From contig JBHLNF010000007.1 in assembly GCA_048937405.1 (NCBI GenBank), forward strand, positions 32,001 to 96,000: a stretch of 64,000 nucleotides of DNA. The letters are read 5' to 3'. Source of the DNA: Promethearchaeota archaeon. GTDB taxonomy: Archaea > Asgardarchaeota > Lokiarchaeia > Sigyniarchaeales > SOKP01. Below the pieces are notes generated by a model. The model was not told the origin of the DNA. It did not search any database and worked only from the letters and a program-made list of their open reading frames with translations. Positions 1 through 11,290 of the stretch are shown one piece after another (positions within the stretch are counted from its first letter, which is position 1; every line of letters starts with the position of its first letter). Position numbers and translations under genes: made by a program.

Positions 1-177
1 TATATGATCTATATCATAAAAAAGGATATCTGTTATTTTTGTGCCGAATTGATAATCTGAAATTGCCTTTATTTGTCGTAACCCTATTAAAATTTCAGTT
101 TCCATAGAAGAATTTATGAAAAAGTTATTTAATTTTAGAAAAGTAAAAGTATTTTAATAATTTATAAATATCGACGA

Positions 178-1386
178 TTATGAATAAAGTCTAGATTCGA
201 CCAATTGATCTTTGACTTTATTCATTACCTTATTGACAGCATCAATAAAATCTTGATTAATAATCATATCAGCATCTTTTCTGATAGCAAACATTCCAGC
301 TTCTGTACAGACAGCTTTAATATCAGCTCCGGTTGCTCCTTCTGTGAGATTTACTAACCTTTTAAAATCTATGGATTCTTCAATATGTAGATTTCTGGAG
401 TGGATTTTAAAGATAGCTTCTCGAGCTTGTTCATCTGGAATGGGAAATTCAATCATACGATCAAATCTACCAGGTCTTAATAATGCTGGGTCTAAAATAT
501 CTACTCTATTTGTTGCACCAATGATTTTTACATCTCCTCTTTGTTCAAATCCATCCAATTCGCTAAGTAATTGCATCAGAGTTCTTTGGACTTCTCTATC
601 TCCAGAAGTAGCAATTTTAAGCCTTTGAGAACCAATTGCATCTAATTCGTCAATAAATAAGATGGTAGGGGCTTTTTCTTTTGCTAAATTAAAGATTTCT
701 CTTACTAAACGGGCACCTTCTCCAATAAATTTTTGAACTAATTCGGATCCAATAATTCTTATAAATGTTGCTTCTGTTTCATGAGCCACCGCTTTAGCTA
801 ATAGTGTTTTTCCTGTACCAGGAGCACCATATAACAATACACCCTTTGGAGGCTCAATTCCAATCCTCTTAAATAAATCTGGTTTTTTTAATGGTAATTC
901 TACAGTTTCTCTTACTTCTTGCATTTGCTCTTCCAGACCTCCTACATCCACATATGATATGTCTGGAATTGAATCAATCACTTCCATTCCTTTTACAAAA
1001 GGATCTAGTTTTGTTGGTAAAACTTCCATAATTGCAAATGTTCTTTGATTTAAAGCAACTCGAGTTCCTGGTACTAATTTTTCATTTTTTACTTTTCTAC
1101 TGGTATTTACAACAAAACTTGGTCCAGTTGAACTCTTTACAATTGCCCTTCCCTTTTCATCGAGAAAATCTATAATTGTCGCTGATACTAATGGAGGCTC
1201 TCTTAATCTATCGATTTCATTCCTGAGACTATGTAATTCTTGCTCTAATCTTAATCGTTCAGCATCTAATAATTGTTTTTCTGTCTCTAAGTTGCGTAAA
1301 CGTTTCTCCAAATGCCGAGTATAAGTAATTAGGTATTCTCCATCTTTACTTTCTTCTTTTTTCTTCTTTTCTTTTGTTGTAGTCAA
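178..1386 (-). CDS. pan: Proteasome-activating nucleotidase (AAA+)
   Basis: N-terminal coiled coil + OB domain, Walker A GAPGTGKT, pore loop VQKFIGEG, Walker [20 protein letters not shown]-terminal HbYX (LYS). Confidence 0.97.
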   Translation of the reverse strand: MTTTKEKKKKEESKDGEYLITYTRHLEKRLRNLETEKQLLDAERLRLEQELHSLRNEIDRLREPPLVSATIIDFLDEKGRAIVKSSTGPSFVVNTSRKVKNEKLVPGTRVALNQRTFAIMEVLPTKLDPFVKGMEVIDSIPDISYVDVGGLEEQMQEVRETVELPLKKPDLFKRIGIEPPKGVLLYGAPGTGKTLLAKAVAHETEATFIRIIGSELVQKFIGEGARLVREIFNLAKEKAPTILFIDELDAIGSQRLKIATSGDREVQRTLMQLLSELDGFEQRGDVKIIGATNRVDILDPALLRPGRFDRMIEFPIPDEQAREAIFKIHSRNLHIEESIDFKRLVNLTEGATGADIKAVCTEAGMFAIRKDADMIINQDFIDAVNKVMNKVKDQLVESRLYS

Positions 1387-1628
1387 AAAAAGTATACCCC
1401 TTCTTTTCTTTCTTTCAATTACATTTTGAAGAAATTACGTTAATTTATTAATAATCTTCTAATCATTTAAATTTAAGGTTACTTCTATTTGTTTACTTAA
1501 AAATGTCAAATTTTAAAAAATTTATAGATTATAAATTATAAAACTATTTAACCGAAAATTATAAGAGGTTTTAATAAAATTCTATAAATATAGAATATAT
1601 CTTTATTCATTCTTTGTGGGATAGAACT

Positions 1629-2162
1629 ATGCCAAAACAACAAAACCATAATTTTGACAAAGAATGTCCTGTATGTGGTAGTATAATTTGGGGTAAAGGA
1701 ATAAGAGTTCTACTAGAAGGAGCGAAAATTACAGTATGTCACAGTTGTGCTCAACACGGTGTAAAAATCCAAAAACCTCCTTCGACTAAATATAGTAGAA
1801 AGTCATTCTCCTATGATGCGAAAAAACCTTCTAAACGTCCAATTACAAAAGAATCTAATTTCGAAACCTTAGAAATAATTCAAGACTATGCTAAAAGAAT
1901 ACGAAATGTAAGAAGTTCACTAGGTCTTAATCAAGATCAATTTGCTCAGAAATTGAATGAAAAACCTTCATTACTAAGAAGAATTGAAGCTGGAAAAGTA
2001 AAACCTACTATTAAATTAGCAAAAAAGATAGAAGAAGTTTACAATATTAAAATTTTGAAAAAAACTGATGAACTTGAAACAAATGTTAATGATAATAAAT
2101 ACATGAAAAAATCTCGTGGATCTTCTCTTGGTGATATAGCATATATAAAAAAAAAGAAATAA
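1629..2162 (+). CDS. mbf1: Archaeal multiprotein bridging factor 1 (Zn ribbon + HTH)
   Basis: CPVCG...CHSCAQHG Zn ribbon, DYAKRIRNVR...LRRIEAG HTH, C-terminal SLGD; adjacent to pan; ATG at 1629 preferred over TTG 1614. Confidence 0.93.
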   Translation: MPKQQNHNFDKECPVCGSIIWGKGIRVLLEGAKITVCHSCAQHGVKIQKPPSTKYSRKSFSYDAKKPSKRPITKESNFETLEIIQDYAKRIRNVRSSLGLNQDQFAQKLNEKPSLLRRIEAGKVKPTIKLAKKIEEVYNIKILKKTDELETNVNDNKYMKKSRGSSLGDIAYIKKKK

Positions 2163-2188
2163 ATTATACTTTTATAATTTAAGGTTTA

Positions 2189-4219
2189 TTAAGATTCAAC
2201 TTTGGTAATTTTTACTACAGTTGAATAATATGAACCGGAAAAACCTAATTCTTCTGGTATATTTGGAGTAAAATGATTTACGTTCATATTTTCTTTTAAT
2301 TTTGATGATAAACCAGAATATATTAAGGCTGTTCCATTTTTTAATATAGATGATTCTGCTAAAATATACTCACCTCTACCATATTCATTAGAAACAAGTA
2401 CTTTTTCACCTTTTATTATACCTAAAGATTCAATATCCTCAGGTGTCAAAAATATCTTACTAAATTCTTCAAGATATTTAAGATTAATATGGCCTAATTG
2501 AGAATGTAAAAAATGAAAATGGGAAGGTGAAATAAGTAGAAATTCATGATTGTCTTTAAAACTTTTAAGCTTTAATTTATTCTCTCCAAATTTAAAATGA
2601 GGTCCCTTGGCTTGAATACGATTATTGGATGTAGGAAATTCTAAATTATCAAATGGAATAGAATCCATATCAAATAGCAAAAAATAACCTAATTTTTTAA
2701 TAGATTCTTGAATTTTAATAGGTAACATTTCTAAACACTTCTTAAAAATAATCTCTTGAGATTCATGAAATATTTTATCATTATAACCAACCTTTGAAGC
2801 TAAATGGCGAAAAAACTCGTAATTTGACATACAATCTTGATATGGGCATGGACCACCAACATTTATAGATAGACTTGGTATATAAAAAGGAGATACTATA
2901 TCACTTGTTTCTAAATCAAATTTTGCTGGAATTACAATATCTGCATACTCAGTTGTTTCATTTAAGAACATGTCTAAAACAATTATAAATAGATCTTTAT
3001 TCATCAATGCTTTTCTCAATAAATTTTGATTAGGAAGAGAGCTTGCTGGATTAAAATTATATACAATTAACATCTTATAGTTCCCAGATGATAAAGCAGA
3101 CCCTAAATTTATTATGGGAATCTCATTTAGTTTTTGTCTTTTTTCATAACCAGTTATGTAATTTTGAAGAGGTATAAGAAGAGGTTTTAGAAAATCGCTC
3201 TGAGAATAGATCAAGCCTGTACCTAGTTTTCCTATATTTCCAAGTAAAATTTGAATTAAAGCAATAGATTTCACGATCCTACCACCATAGAAATCTTTCT
3301 GAACGCCATAACCTATAGTAAATAAAGTATGGTGTTTGAATTTAGTTAAAAATTTAATAAAATTTTGAACCATTTGATAGTTTATTCCAATTAAACCTAA
3401 AAGTTCATTTTTCTCGATTTTTGTAATTTCTGTGAAAATAGATGAATATGAATCAACATACTTTTTCAAAAATATTTCGTCATAAATTTTATTAGTAATT
3501 AATTCATTTAGAACCATTTTTACTAAAAAATGTTCAGTACCTGGGAATATATGTATAAAAAGATCTGCTTTTTTTGCTATTACTGTATACCTTGAATCGA
3601 TAACTACTAACTTTGTCCCTCTTTTCAAAGCTTGCTTTACTAAAAAATAGGCATGATTGTTAGTTTCTGATAGATTACTCCCCCAAATAACTATTAATTT
3701 TGTAGATAAATTTACTAATTGAAACGGGTTTGTAGTTGAATAGGTACCAAATAATTCTGTTAATCCGGCACATCCCCCTTCATTACAGATTCCACCATTG
3801 GTGATTGTAGCTCCGATTCTTCTAAAAAATCGTAATGGACTATATTGTGAAATAAGACCACAATTTCCAGAATAAAAAGCCCCGAGAATGGAAGATGATT
3901 CACCTTTATTTATAATATTTGATATTTTATGGGATATAATTTTGAATACCTTATTCAGATTAATTTTCTCAAAATTATTTCCAGGTTTAACATCAGTCCT
4001 AATTAATGGATTTTTCAACCTTTCTTGATGATATAATAAAGCTTCCCTATTTATATATTTTGGACAAAAAAATCCATTTGTAAATGGATGTTTATTCATG
4101 GGATGGGAAGATAACAATTTATACTCTAATGCATCATCATCCCAAATTCCTTTAAACACACATGAACCATAACAGTCTTTTGTACAAGTACCTATTCTAA
4201 CTTTATTGGGATGTACCAT
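2189..4219 (-). CDS. Molybdopterin-dependent oxidoreductase (DMSO reductase superfamily)
   Basis: CTKDCYGSC...C [4Fe-4S] motif, IWGSNL, VVIDSR, DMFLNETTEYADIVIPA, C-terminal dinucleotide-binding domain. Confidence 0.88.
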   Translation of the reverse strand: MVHPNKVRIGTCTKDCYGSCVFKGIWDDDALEYKLLSSHPMNKHPFTNGFFCPKYINREALLYHQERLKNPLIRTDVKPGNNFEKINLNKVFKIISHKISNIINKGESSSILGAFYSGNCGLISQYSPLRFFRRIGATITNGGICNEGGCAGLTELFGTYSTTNPFQLVNLSTKLIVIWGSNLSETNNHAYFLVKQALKRGTKLVVIDSRYTVIAKKADLFIHIFPGTEHFLVKMVLNELITNKIYDEIFLKKYVDSYSSIFTEITKIEKNELLGLIGINYQMVQNFIKFLTKFKHHTLFTIGYGVQKDFYGGRIVKSIALIQILLGNIGKLGTGLIYSQSDFLKPLLIPLQNYITGYEKRQKLNEIPIINLGSALSSGNYKMLIVYNFNPASSLPNQNLLRKALMNKDLFIIVLDMFLNETTEYADIVIPAKFDLETSDIVSPFYIPSLSINVGGPCPYQDCMSNYEFFRHLASKVGYNDKIFHESQEIIFKKCLEMLPIKIQESIKKLGYFLLFDMDSIPFDNLEFPTSNNRIQAKGPHFKFGENKLKLKSFKDNHEFLLISPSHFHFLHSQLGHINLKYLEEFSKIFLTPEDIESLGIIKGEKVLVSNEYGRGEYILAESSILKNGTALIYSGLSSKLKENMNVNHFTPNIPEELGFSGSYYSTVVKITKVES

Positions 4220-4301
4220 TTTCTCAAAAAAAATAGACCTTAAAATTTAAAAAAATCTTGCATTTCCCAGTAGAAATTTTCATCATTTTTTAATTGAGCT
4301 T

Positions 4302-4877
4302 TTAATCAATTGATATTTTAATATTTTGAACTAGAGCTATTTTATTTTTTAAGAATTCAATTATTTCTTGGTTATCCTGGGCTTCAAGAGGATTTCCACA
4401 ATTAGGACATCTAAAATTTAATTCAAAAGCTTCATCAAAATTATATTTAATATTTGATTCTTGACAATTTCTACATATAAAAAAATAATTATTTTGTTCA
4501 AATTGTAATCTATCTCGCAATTTAGATTCAATTAAGCTCTTTTTTTCTAGGAGAATTTCTTCTAGTAAGTCAAATTCATGCCACCAATAGTAAATAAACC
4601 ATCCCGTTGATTTATCTCTTATACGTCTAAATTGAGCTAATTTTTCAGAATATAATTTATAAAGTGTTTTTCTGACAGTATTTAATTTCAATATTTCAGA
4701 GTCATCAGGTTCAAAATCAATTTCAGTTCCTTGAATACTTTCTTTTATGTTTTCAGTTATATCCTCATCAGTTATATCTTCAGACTCAGATTTAATTAGT
4801 TCCATTCCTACATAAATAGCAATTTCGCCCCCAACAATATATAAGAAAGATTTTAAGAAGGGATTTAATTCGTTAAT
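4302..4877 (-). CDS. tfe: Transcription factor E alpha (TFE); start extended to an ATT codon
   Basis: LNTVRKTLYKLY...RIRDKSTGWFIYYW wHTH, CRNC/CPNC Zn ribbon. Frame stays open 5' of ATG 4805 (INELNPFLKSFLYIVGGEIAIYVG); GAGG lies 9 nt before ATT 4877. Confidence 0.9.
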   Translation of the reverse strand: MNELNPFLKSFLYIVGGEIAIYVGMELIKSESEDITDEDITENIKESIQGTEIDFEPDDSEILKLNTVRKTLYKLYSEKLAQFRRIRDKSTGWFIYYWWHEFDLLEEILLEKKSLIESKLRDRLQFEQNNYFFICRNCQESNIKYNFDEAFELNFRCPNCGNPLEAQDNQEIIEFLKNKIALVQNIKISID

Positions 4878-4984
4878 ATGACGTAGCCTCGTTTAAAAAA
4901 AATGATTTTTATATGAAATATAATTATTTTTTATGAAAATTAAATTTTTTTGAAATTTTCTCAGCAAAAATATAAATTTATCTC

Positions 4985-5767
4985 TTAAACAACAATAGAA
5001 TACTGTTTTTCAATAATTTCATCATCAATATCAAGAGTTCGAGTTAACTTACCTTTTCTAATTGCCATTATCCGTAGTAATTTTGAATTATTTACATTTT
5101 TAGGCAGTTCAATTTCAGAAATTTTATAATTATTAAATATTGTCAAAGTTTTCCAATTTGTAGGGAGTTCTGATTGAAAGTCTGGTATTACATTTTCTAC
5201 CATATAATTAAGATTTTGTTTGGTATTACTAAGATATCCTGTACAAAATTGAATCCTCTTATTTACATCGTCTTCTTCTACTTTCTTTTTAGATGGTTGA
5301 GGTATATTTTTTTTGGTTGTAACCTTACAGTTTGAATTAATGTTGAAAGATAACAAGAAATAACTACTTTCTCGAAAGGCTTCAATACTCTCTATTAATG
5401 TATTTTTATCAGTACTATCAATTATTTCCGCTTTGTAATTTTTGGTTTGCCCTGTTGATTTTTTAAGATTCCAATTAAATCCTAATTCATTAATTGCTTC
5501 ACTTATATCTGCACCTGAGATTAATTTGCCTTTAATATCAAACTTTTCGTTTGGACTAGAAATTCCATTTGCTACAACCTCTAAAATTAAATCTTCATAT
5601 TCATGGCTTCCTTTTAAAGTAAATTTCGCTTTTGTTTGAGATATTTTTAACGCTGGACCGATAAAATCCCCTTTAGAATATCTATAAAAGTGGCGGTGAA
5701 TATTCTTATACTTTTGTGCGGGATTATCTAAAATTGGAGTTTCAACAATTGCTTTTAGAAAATGCAT
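4985..5767 (-). CDS. Hypothetical protein
   Basis: 260-aa ORF co-oriented with tfe; no motif recognised. Confidence 0.75.
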   Translation of the reverse strand: MHFLKAIVETPILDNPAQKYKNIHRHFYRYSKGDFIGPALKISQTKAKFTLKGSHEYEDLILEVVANGISSPNEKFDIKGKLISGADISEAINELGFNWNLKKSTGQTKNYKAEIIDSTDKNTLIESIEAFRESSYFLLSFNINSNCKVTTKKNIPQPSKKKVEEDDVNKRIQFCTGYLSNTKQNLNYMVENVIPDFQSELPTNWKTLTIFNNYKISEIELPKNVNNSKLLRIMAIRKGKLTRTLDIDDEIIEKQYSIVV

Positions 5768-5921
5768 TTTTTTTCTTTCTTTAATTTTCTTTTAATTTAA
5801 TTCTTGTTTTATTTATTTAATATCAAAAGATTAAAATTTTAAATTTTATTCATCAATAAAATTAAAAAAATATAAAATATATCTAAAAATACAAAACACA
5901 AAAAATTTTTTAAAATTAGAT

Positions 5922-6122
5922 ATGGCTGGTATTCCTTCTTTAACATTATGGGTTTTTGCTTGGATATTTCTAATTATTGGATTAATATCATTAATAATTT
6001 TAGTAATATATACTAAATATGGAAGAGAAGTATCTATAAGACTTTCGATAATTAGTATAGTAATCATGGCAATATTCCTTGGATTTTCTTTTCATTTTTT
6101 CTTAATTTCATGGGGAATATGA
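5922..6122 (+). CDS. Small 2-TM protein resembling oligosaccharyltransferase subunit OST5/TMEM258
   Basis: Two hydrophobic helices joined by TKYGREV; C-terminal AIFLGFSFHFFLISWGI parallels the TMEM258 pattern as recalled (TKYTRDI...SLFMGFGVLFLLLWVGI). Confidence 0.7.
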   Translation: MAGIPSLTLWVFAWIFLIIGLISLIILVIYTKYGREVSIRLSIISIVIMAIFLGFSFHFFLISWGI

Positions 6123-6292
6123 TATAAATAATTAATTAAACTTTGAATTAAATTCGATTCTTTCCAAAATTGAACTTAAATTTTGATTTTGTCAGATTTA
6201 TAATTTGTTTTGTTAATATTTAAAAAAGAAGAAAAGTTTTCATCTAATAATTAATATTTCATGAAGCTAATTAAAAAAAAGGAGAAGATAAA

Positions 6293-6709
6293 ATGTTATT
6301 TCAAATGGACCCTACTCTTGAGTTCGTATTATGGCTTATATTAGCAACCGTAATTGTGACACTAGTTCTTTACATTGCGGTTATTCTGATTGTATCAAAA
6401 ACGAAGGCTTCGGACAAAAAGTTTTTAATAATTCTTTTGGCATTCATTTGTGTACTTGTAATACCCATCGTTTTAGGTGCAATTAGTTCAATATTTGAAG
6501 TTTTTGGAGAAATACCTTGGAGTGATGGTAACTATCTAATGCTGTTGGTCCCAATAATTGGTTTTTTAATAGTACTGGTATTATCAAAATTTATTTTAGA
6601 CGTTGCGTGGGATCAAGCTTTATGGATATCCTTACTAACCTTATTTGTTTTATTCCTTCTATATACTTTGATACCTGGACTTGCTGAGTTTCTTGGATTT
6701 ACATTATAA
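6293..6709 (+). CDS. 4-TM membrane protein, unknown function
   Basis: AGGAG SD upstream; four hydrophobic segments. Confidence 0.75.
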   Translation: MLFQMDPTLEFVLWLILATVIVTLVLYIAVILIVSKTKASDKKFLIILLAFICVLVIPIVLGAISSIFEVFGEIPWSDGNYLMLLVPIIGFLIVLVLSKFILDVAWDQALWISLLTLFVLFLLYTLIPGLAEFLGFTL

Positions 6710-6844
6710 TTAATATTAAAATTAAAATTTATAACAAAGCTATTTTTTTTTCTTTCTTATGAAATTATTTTCAAATTTCAATTCATTAAAGATAATAAGA
6801 TAGTTAAAAAATAGTTTTTAAAAAAATAAAAAAAAAATATTTCC

Positions 6845-9800
6845 TTATATTTTTTCTTTTAGCTTTAATCTTGGAGCAAGTCCTAAACTCATCATTTCTT
6901 GTAAAAGTAATTTAAATGCATATGAACAAACAACCTTTGAAATAATGGTTCCTTCTCCACATACGGGGCAATATCGTTTGTCTCTATTTCTGTCATAAAC
7001 AGCTAAAAGTCCACATTTTTCACATACTAAAATAACAGTCCTATCAGATTCATCTAACAATCTTTCTTTTAACAATAAAGCTGAGCCATGACCAACTAAG
7101 CAATCCCTCTCCATTTCTCCAAATCTCAATCCACCTTCACGAGCACGACCTTCAGTAGGTTGCCGAGTTAAAATTTGAACAGGACCTCTCGCTCTTGCGT
7201 GAAGTTTGTCAGCCACTAAATGATATAATTTTTGATAATATATAGGAGCGCAATATATCCCTGCTTCATATTTATCTCCGGTAATACCATTATACATTAC
7301 TTCTCTTCCATTAAATTCAAAACCCGCTTCCACTAGTTGCTCTTGAAGCTTAGTTATATCTGTCCATTCGAAAGCAGTAGCATCACCCAACTTTCCTGTT
7401 GTACATGCTATCTTTCCACTAATACCTTCAAATAATTGACCTAGAGTCATTCTTGATGGCATTGCGTGAGGATTTACTATAATATCTGGAATAACACCTG
7501 AAGCAGTAAAAGGCATATCTGCTTGGTCAACAACCAACCCTAAAACGCCTTTTTGACCATGTCTAGATGAGAATTTATCACCCAATTCTGGAATTCTTAA
7601 ATCCCTAACCTTTATTTTAACTAATTTGTTCCCATCCACAGTTTCTGATATAATTACGGTATCAACAATCCCTTGTTCATTATGACGCATATTTTTTGAA
7701 GTTTCACGTCTATTTGGTTGCATCAACTCAAATTCTTCATAAGATTTAATAAATCTAGGTGGAGATGTTCTACCTATTAACACATCCCCTCCATTGACTT
7801 GTGTTTCTGGTTCTATTATTCCATCTACATCTGAAAGTAGTCTGTATGATTCTGCGGATTTAAATCCTCTAACTCCTCTTTCAGGGATCTCAAATTTATC
7901 AACTTCTCCACCAGGATATTTTCTTTCTTCCGCATCATATGTTCTGAAAAAGTGACTACGTGCTAGTCCTCTTTCAATAGAAGCTTTATTTATAATAATT
8001 GCATCTTCAATATTATATCCCTCAAAACTCATCATACCGATGATAAAATTTTGTCCTGCGGGTCTCTTATTTATTCCTATAATCTCCATTGGACTAGTTT
8101 TTACAAGGGGTTGTTGAGGATAATGCAAGGTATGGCCTCTTGTGTCTAATCTCAAATGCATATTTGCGGCAAATAAACCCAACGCTTGCTTTACCATCCC
8201 TGCTTCGTATGTATTTCTTGGAGATTGGTTATGTTCTGGAAAGGGAATAATAGAAGCACAAATTCCTAAAATTGCTGCAGGTGATATTTCCAAATGAGTA
8301 TGTTCCTCAGTTATATCCTCTTCGAACATTGCAATATATGCATTTTCTTCTTCTTCCGCATCTAAATATTCAATTACACCCTTTTGGACTAAATCTGACC
8401 AAATGTATTTCTTTTGCTTTAGTTTTTCTATATCTTCTTTTGAAACAAGTAATATTTTATTCTTTAAAACAAACAAGGGTCTTGTTGCCCTACCTGCATC
8501 ACAATTAATCTGAATTTCTTTTGATTCGTTATAATATCCAATATTGACATGTTGTCCAATTTCGCCTTTCCTTCTTTTTTCTCTTAATTGACGGATGAAT
8601 GGGTTATATTGTTGGTGTATCCCTACTAGTTTTCCATTTAGAAATACTTTTACTTTATCTCCTCTTACGTTTTTGACTTCATTTATGGGAATTACTCCTA
8701 AATCAATTAAAATGTTTTCAATGATCCTTTCATCAGCACCTACAGAGATTATTGAAGCTAACCCAAGATTCTTAACTAAACCACAATTTGGACCTTCAGG
8801 AGTTTCAGCAGGACAGATTTTTCCCCATTGAGTTGGATGTAAATCTCTCGCTTCAAAGTGAGGTTGACTGCGACTTAGTGGTGATATAACTCTTCTCAAA
8901 TGGCTCAATGTCCCCACATGATTGGTTCTATTCAAAAGTTGACTAACTCCTGCTTTACCTCCAACCCAATTTCCAGTAGCTAAAGCATGTCTAATCCTTT
9001 CTGTAATAACATCCGCCCTAACAGCAGTTTTAATATTTGGAGCCCTTCCACGAACAGCTGTTCTTTCTAATTGATATTTAATGTCTTTTACAAGATTTAA
9101 AAATGCTACTCTAAATAAAGATGTGAATAATTCACCAGCTAGCTTTAATCTTTTATTTGCATAATGATCCTTATCATCAGGTTCTCTTAACCCCAAAGCA
9201 AGCTCCATAACTTTTTGTGCCATTTGTCCTAAATAATAAGCTTTTTTAATTCTATCTTCTTCATCATTACCTATATGAGGTAAAAGATACCGATCTAAGA
9301 CTTGAAGAGCTCTTCTAATACGATAATCTTTCGTTTGACCTATTGCTACTCTTTTTCCTATATAGTCAAGCGCATTTTGCTGAGATTTCTCTGGATCTTT
9401 TAATACTTGGATTTCAGAAGCAACATCTATTACAGGTATTAATTCTTTCTGAATTTCATCATTTTCTGATATTGCTTCAAAAATTTCTCTATCTGAATGT
9501 AATCCTAATGAGCGCATTAATATTGCTAAAGGAATTTTTCCTGGAACTGATGGAAAAGATACTCTTAGATTTCCATCTTTTTTCCTTTCTATTGTTACAG
9601 GTGCTCTAAATCCACTTCTAGTTGAGAAAACCTTTGCTTGATGAGTTGCACTGGAGCTCCTACTTGCCTCTTCTGCTAATATTCTATTTGGAGCAAGATC
9701 TTCTTGAGTTACTAGAACTCTTTCAGTTCCATTTATTATAAAATATCCACCAGGATCTAAAGGATCCTCTCCTCTATTAATAAGTTCTTGTTCTGAAAGG

Positions 9801-10216
9801 CTTTCTAAAGGGCATCTACAACTCTTGAGCATTATCGGAATCTTTCCAATATAAATATCTAAGGTCTCCTCAGCTTCTTCTCTCTGGGTTCTCTCATCAA
9901 TAGTTATTGGAGTCATTTCCAATGTAATATCTGCAGCATAACTTAATTCTCTAATTCTTGCTTCTATTGGAGTAATCTCCATAGTAGCACCATCAGCTTC
10001 TCTTACTTTTGGTACTCCAACTTTAATTTTTCCAAATTTAATTTTAAATCCTGGAATATCAGGTATTACTTCAGCCGATTCATCTACTATGATTTGCATT
10101 TCATATTCAATAAAGTTATTATAGGAATCTAAGTGCTGACGTACCAAACCTTTCTCATCAAAGAGACTTTTTAAAATAATCCATTTATCTGCATTTGATA
10201 ATTTTTCTGAACTCAA
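6845..10216 (-). CDS. rpoB: RNA polymerase subunit Rpo2 (RpoB, unsplit)
   Basis: RQHLDSYN, GDKFSSRHGQKG, GGLRFGEMERD, C-terminal Zn ribbon. Confidence 0.99.
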   Translation of the reverse strand: MSSEKLSNADKWIILKSLFDEKGLVRQHLDSYNNFIEYEMQIIVDESAEVIPDIPGFKIKFGKIKVGVPKVREADGATMEITPIEARIRELSYAADITLEMTPITIDERTQREEAEETLDIYIGKIPIMLKSCRCPLESLSEQELINRGEDPLDPGGYFIINGTERVLVTQEDLAPNRILAEEASRSSSATHQAKVFSTRSGFRAPVTIERKKDGNLRVSFPSVPGKIPLAILMRSLGLHSDREIFEAISENDEIQKELIPVIDVASEIQVLKDPEKSQQNALDYIGKRVAIGQTKDYRIRRALQVLDRYLLPHIGNDEEDRIKKAYYLGQMAQKVMELALGLREPDDKDHYANKRLKLAGELFTSLFRVAFLNLVKDIKYQLERTAVRGRAPNIKTAVRADVITERIRHALATGNWVGGKAGVSQLLNRTNHVGTLSHLRRVISPLSRSQPHFEARDLHPTQWGKICPAETPEGPNCGLVKNLGLASIISVGADERIIENILIDLGVIPINEVKNVRGDKVKVFLNGKLVGIHQQYNPFIRQLREKRRKGEIGQHVNIGYYNESKEIQINCDAGRATRPLFVLKNKILLVSKEDIEKLKQKKYIWSDLVQKGVIEYLDAEEEENAYIAMFEEDITEEHTHLEISPAAILGICASIIPFPEHNQSPRNTYEAGMVKQALGLFAANMHLRLDTRGHTLHYPQQPLVKTSPMEIIGINKRPAGQNFIIGMMSFEGYNIEDAIIINKASIERGLARSHFFRTYDAEERKYPGGEVDKFEIPERGVRGFKSAESYRLLSDVDGIIEPETQVNGGDVLIGRTSPPRFIKSYEEFELMQPNRRETSKNMRHNEQGIVDTVIISETVDGNKLVKIKVRDLRIPELGDKFSSRHGQKGVLGLVVDQADMPFTASGVIPDIIVNPHAMPSRMTLGQLFEGISGKIACTTGKLGDATAFEWTDITKLQEQLVEAGFEFNGREVMYNGITGDKYEAGIYCAPIYYQKLYHLVADKLHARARGPVQILTRQPTEGRAREGGLRFGEMERDCLVGHGSALLLKERLLDESDRTVILVCEKCGLLAVYDRNRDKRYCPVCGEGTIISKVVCSYAFKLLLQEMMSLGLAPRLKLKEKI

Positions 10217-10260
10217 AATTCAAAAACCATATTATCTTTTCTTTTTCATAAAAATTAATA

Positions 10261-10518
10261 TTAAGCTTTTTCCTTTTTTACGTAACGGTAATAATCAGCG
10301 GACTTAACAGTTGTATTTGACTCTCGAATTATTTTTACAATATCTCCCTCTTTTGCTCCAATAGCAATTGCCACTGGATCTTTTTCAAACATCTGTGGCA
10401 AGTCATTTACATCAATTTGATATTTTTCTAGAAGATTTTGCGATTCTTCTTTAGTTAAAAGGACATGTTTAGGGACGAATTTATGGAGTAAAACATCTAT
10501 TCGTTTTTTTTTAGTCAA
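10261..10518 (-). CDS. rpoH: RNA polymerase subunit Rpo5 (RpoH)
   Basis: HKFVPKHVLL, LPQMFEKDPVA, GDIVKIIRES, YYRYV; upstream of rpoB. Confidence 0.97.
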   Translation of the reverse strand: MTKKKRIDVLLHKFVPKHVLLTKEESQNLLEKYQIDVNDLPQMFEKDPVAIAIGAKEGDIVKIIRESNTTVKSADYYRYVKKEKA

Positions 10519-10626
10519 GGAAAATTCTACTCTTTTTATGAATTATAGTTAATGAAATGATATCAGTCTAAAAAATTTTTCCATTTTTTCCTCATTTTTC
10601 TCATGATAAACGAGGATTTTGTAGAA

Positions 10627-11262
10627 TTAAGATGAATGAAAACATTTAAAGACCCAATAACCACTTCTCTTGCATAAAATCTCAATGTTTTCATCTGGAA
10701 ATGTATCTTTGAAATAATCTAGAATATATGATGCCCCCATTTTTTTTTTAATTACAAATTGAAAATAACCATTTCTATTTAGATATCTTAAAATCTCACC
10801 TATTAATTTGAGGAATTCTTTTCTTCCTTGTCGCAGTGGAGGATTCATGTAAATACCATCAAATTTCAAATTTTTATTCTTAATTGGTTCAAAATAATTA
10901 CCTGATAAGACGTAGATATTCTTCATTTTATCTTTAAGATTTAATCTAATATTTTCCCTTGCACACCATATTGCTCGCTTATTGATGTCTATTAAATAAA
11001 CAGAACTCTGAGGAGATTCATAACTCAAAACTATTCCTATTGAACCATAACCACAGCCTAAATCAAGTAATGTTCTCGATTCTGTGGGAATATACATATT
11101 TTCTATAAAAACTTTAGTACCTAAATCTAATTTATTAAATGAAAAAACTCCGGTAATTGTTTTAAAAATATAAAGATGTCTCCTTAGACTTTCTGAGATT
11201 GTATGAATTTTTACATTAGCGTCTGGAAATCTACTATAATAATGATTTTCTTTTTTTTCCAT
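10627..11262 (-). CDS. Class I SAM-dependent methyltransferase (RsmC-like)
   Basis: GVFS..KLDLGT, LDLGCGYG, NPP motif. Confidence 0.9.
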   Translation of the reverse strand: MEKKENHYYSRFPDANVKIHTISESLRRHLYIFKTITGVFSFNKLDLGTKVFIENMYIPTESRTLLDLGCGYGSIGIVLSYESPQSSVYLIDINKRAIWCARENIRLNLKDKMKNIYVLSGNYFEPIKNKNLKFDGIYMNPPLRQGRKEFLKLIGEILRYLNRNGYFQFVIKKKMGASYILDYFKDTFPDENIEILCKRSGYWVFKCFHSS

Positions 11263-11290
11263 TATATAAATTTTGCTGTATAAAATTTAA

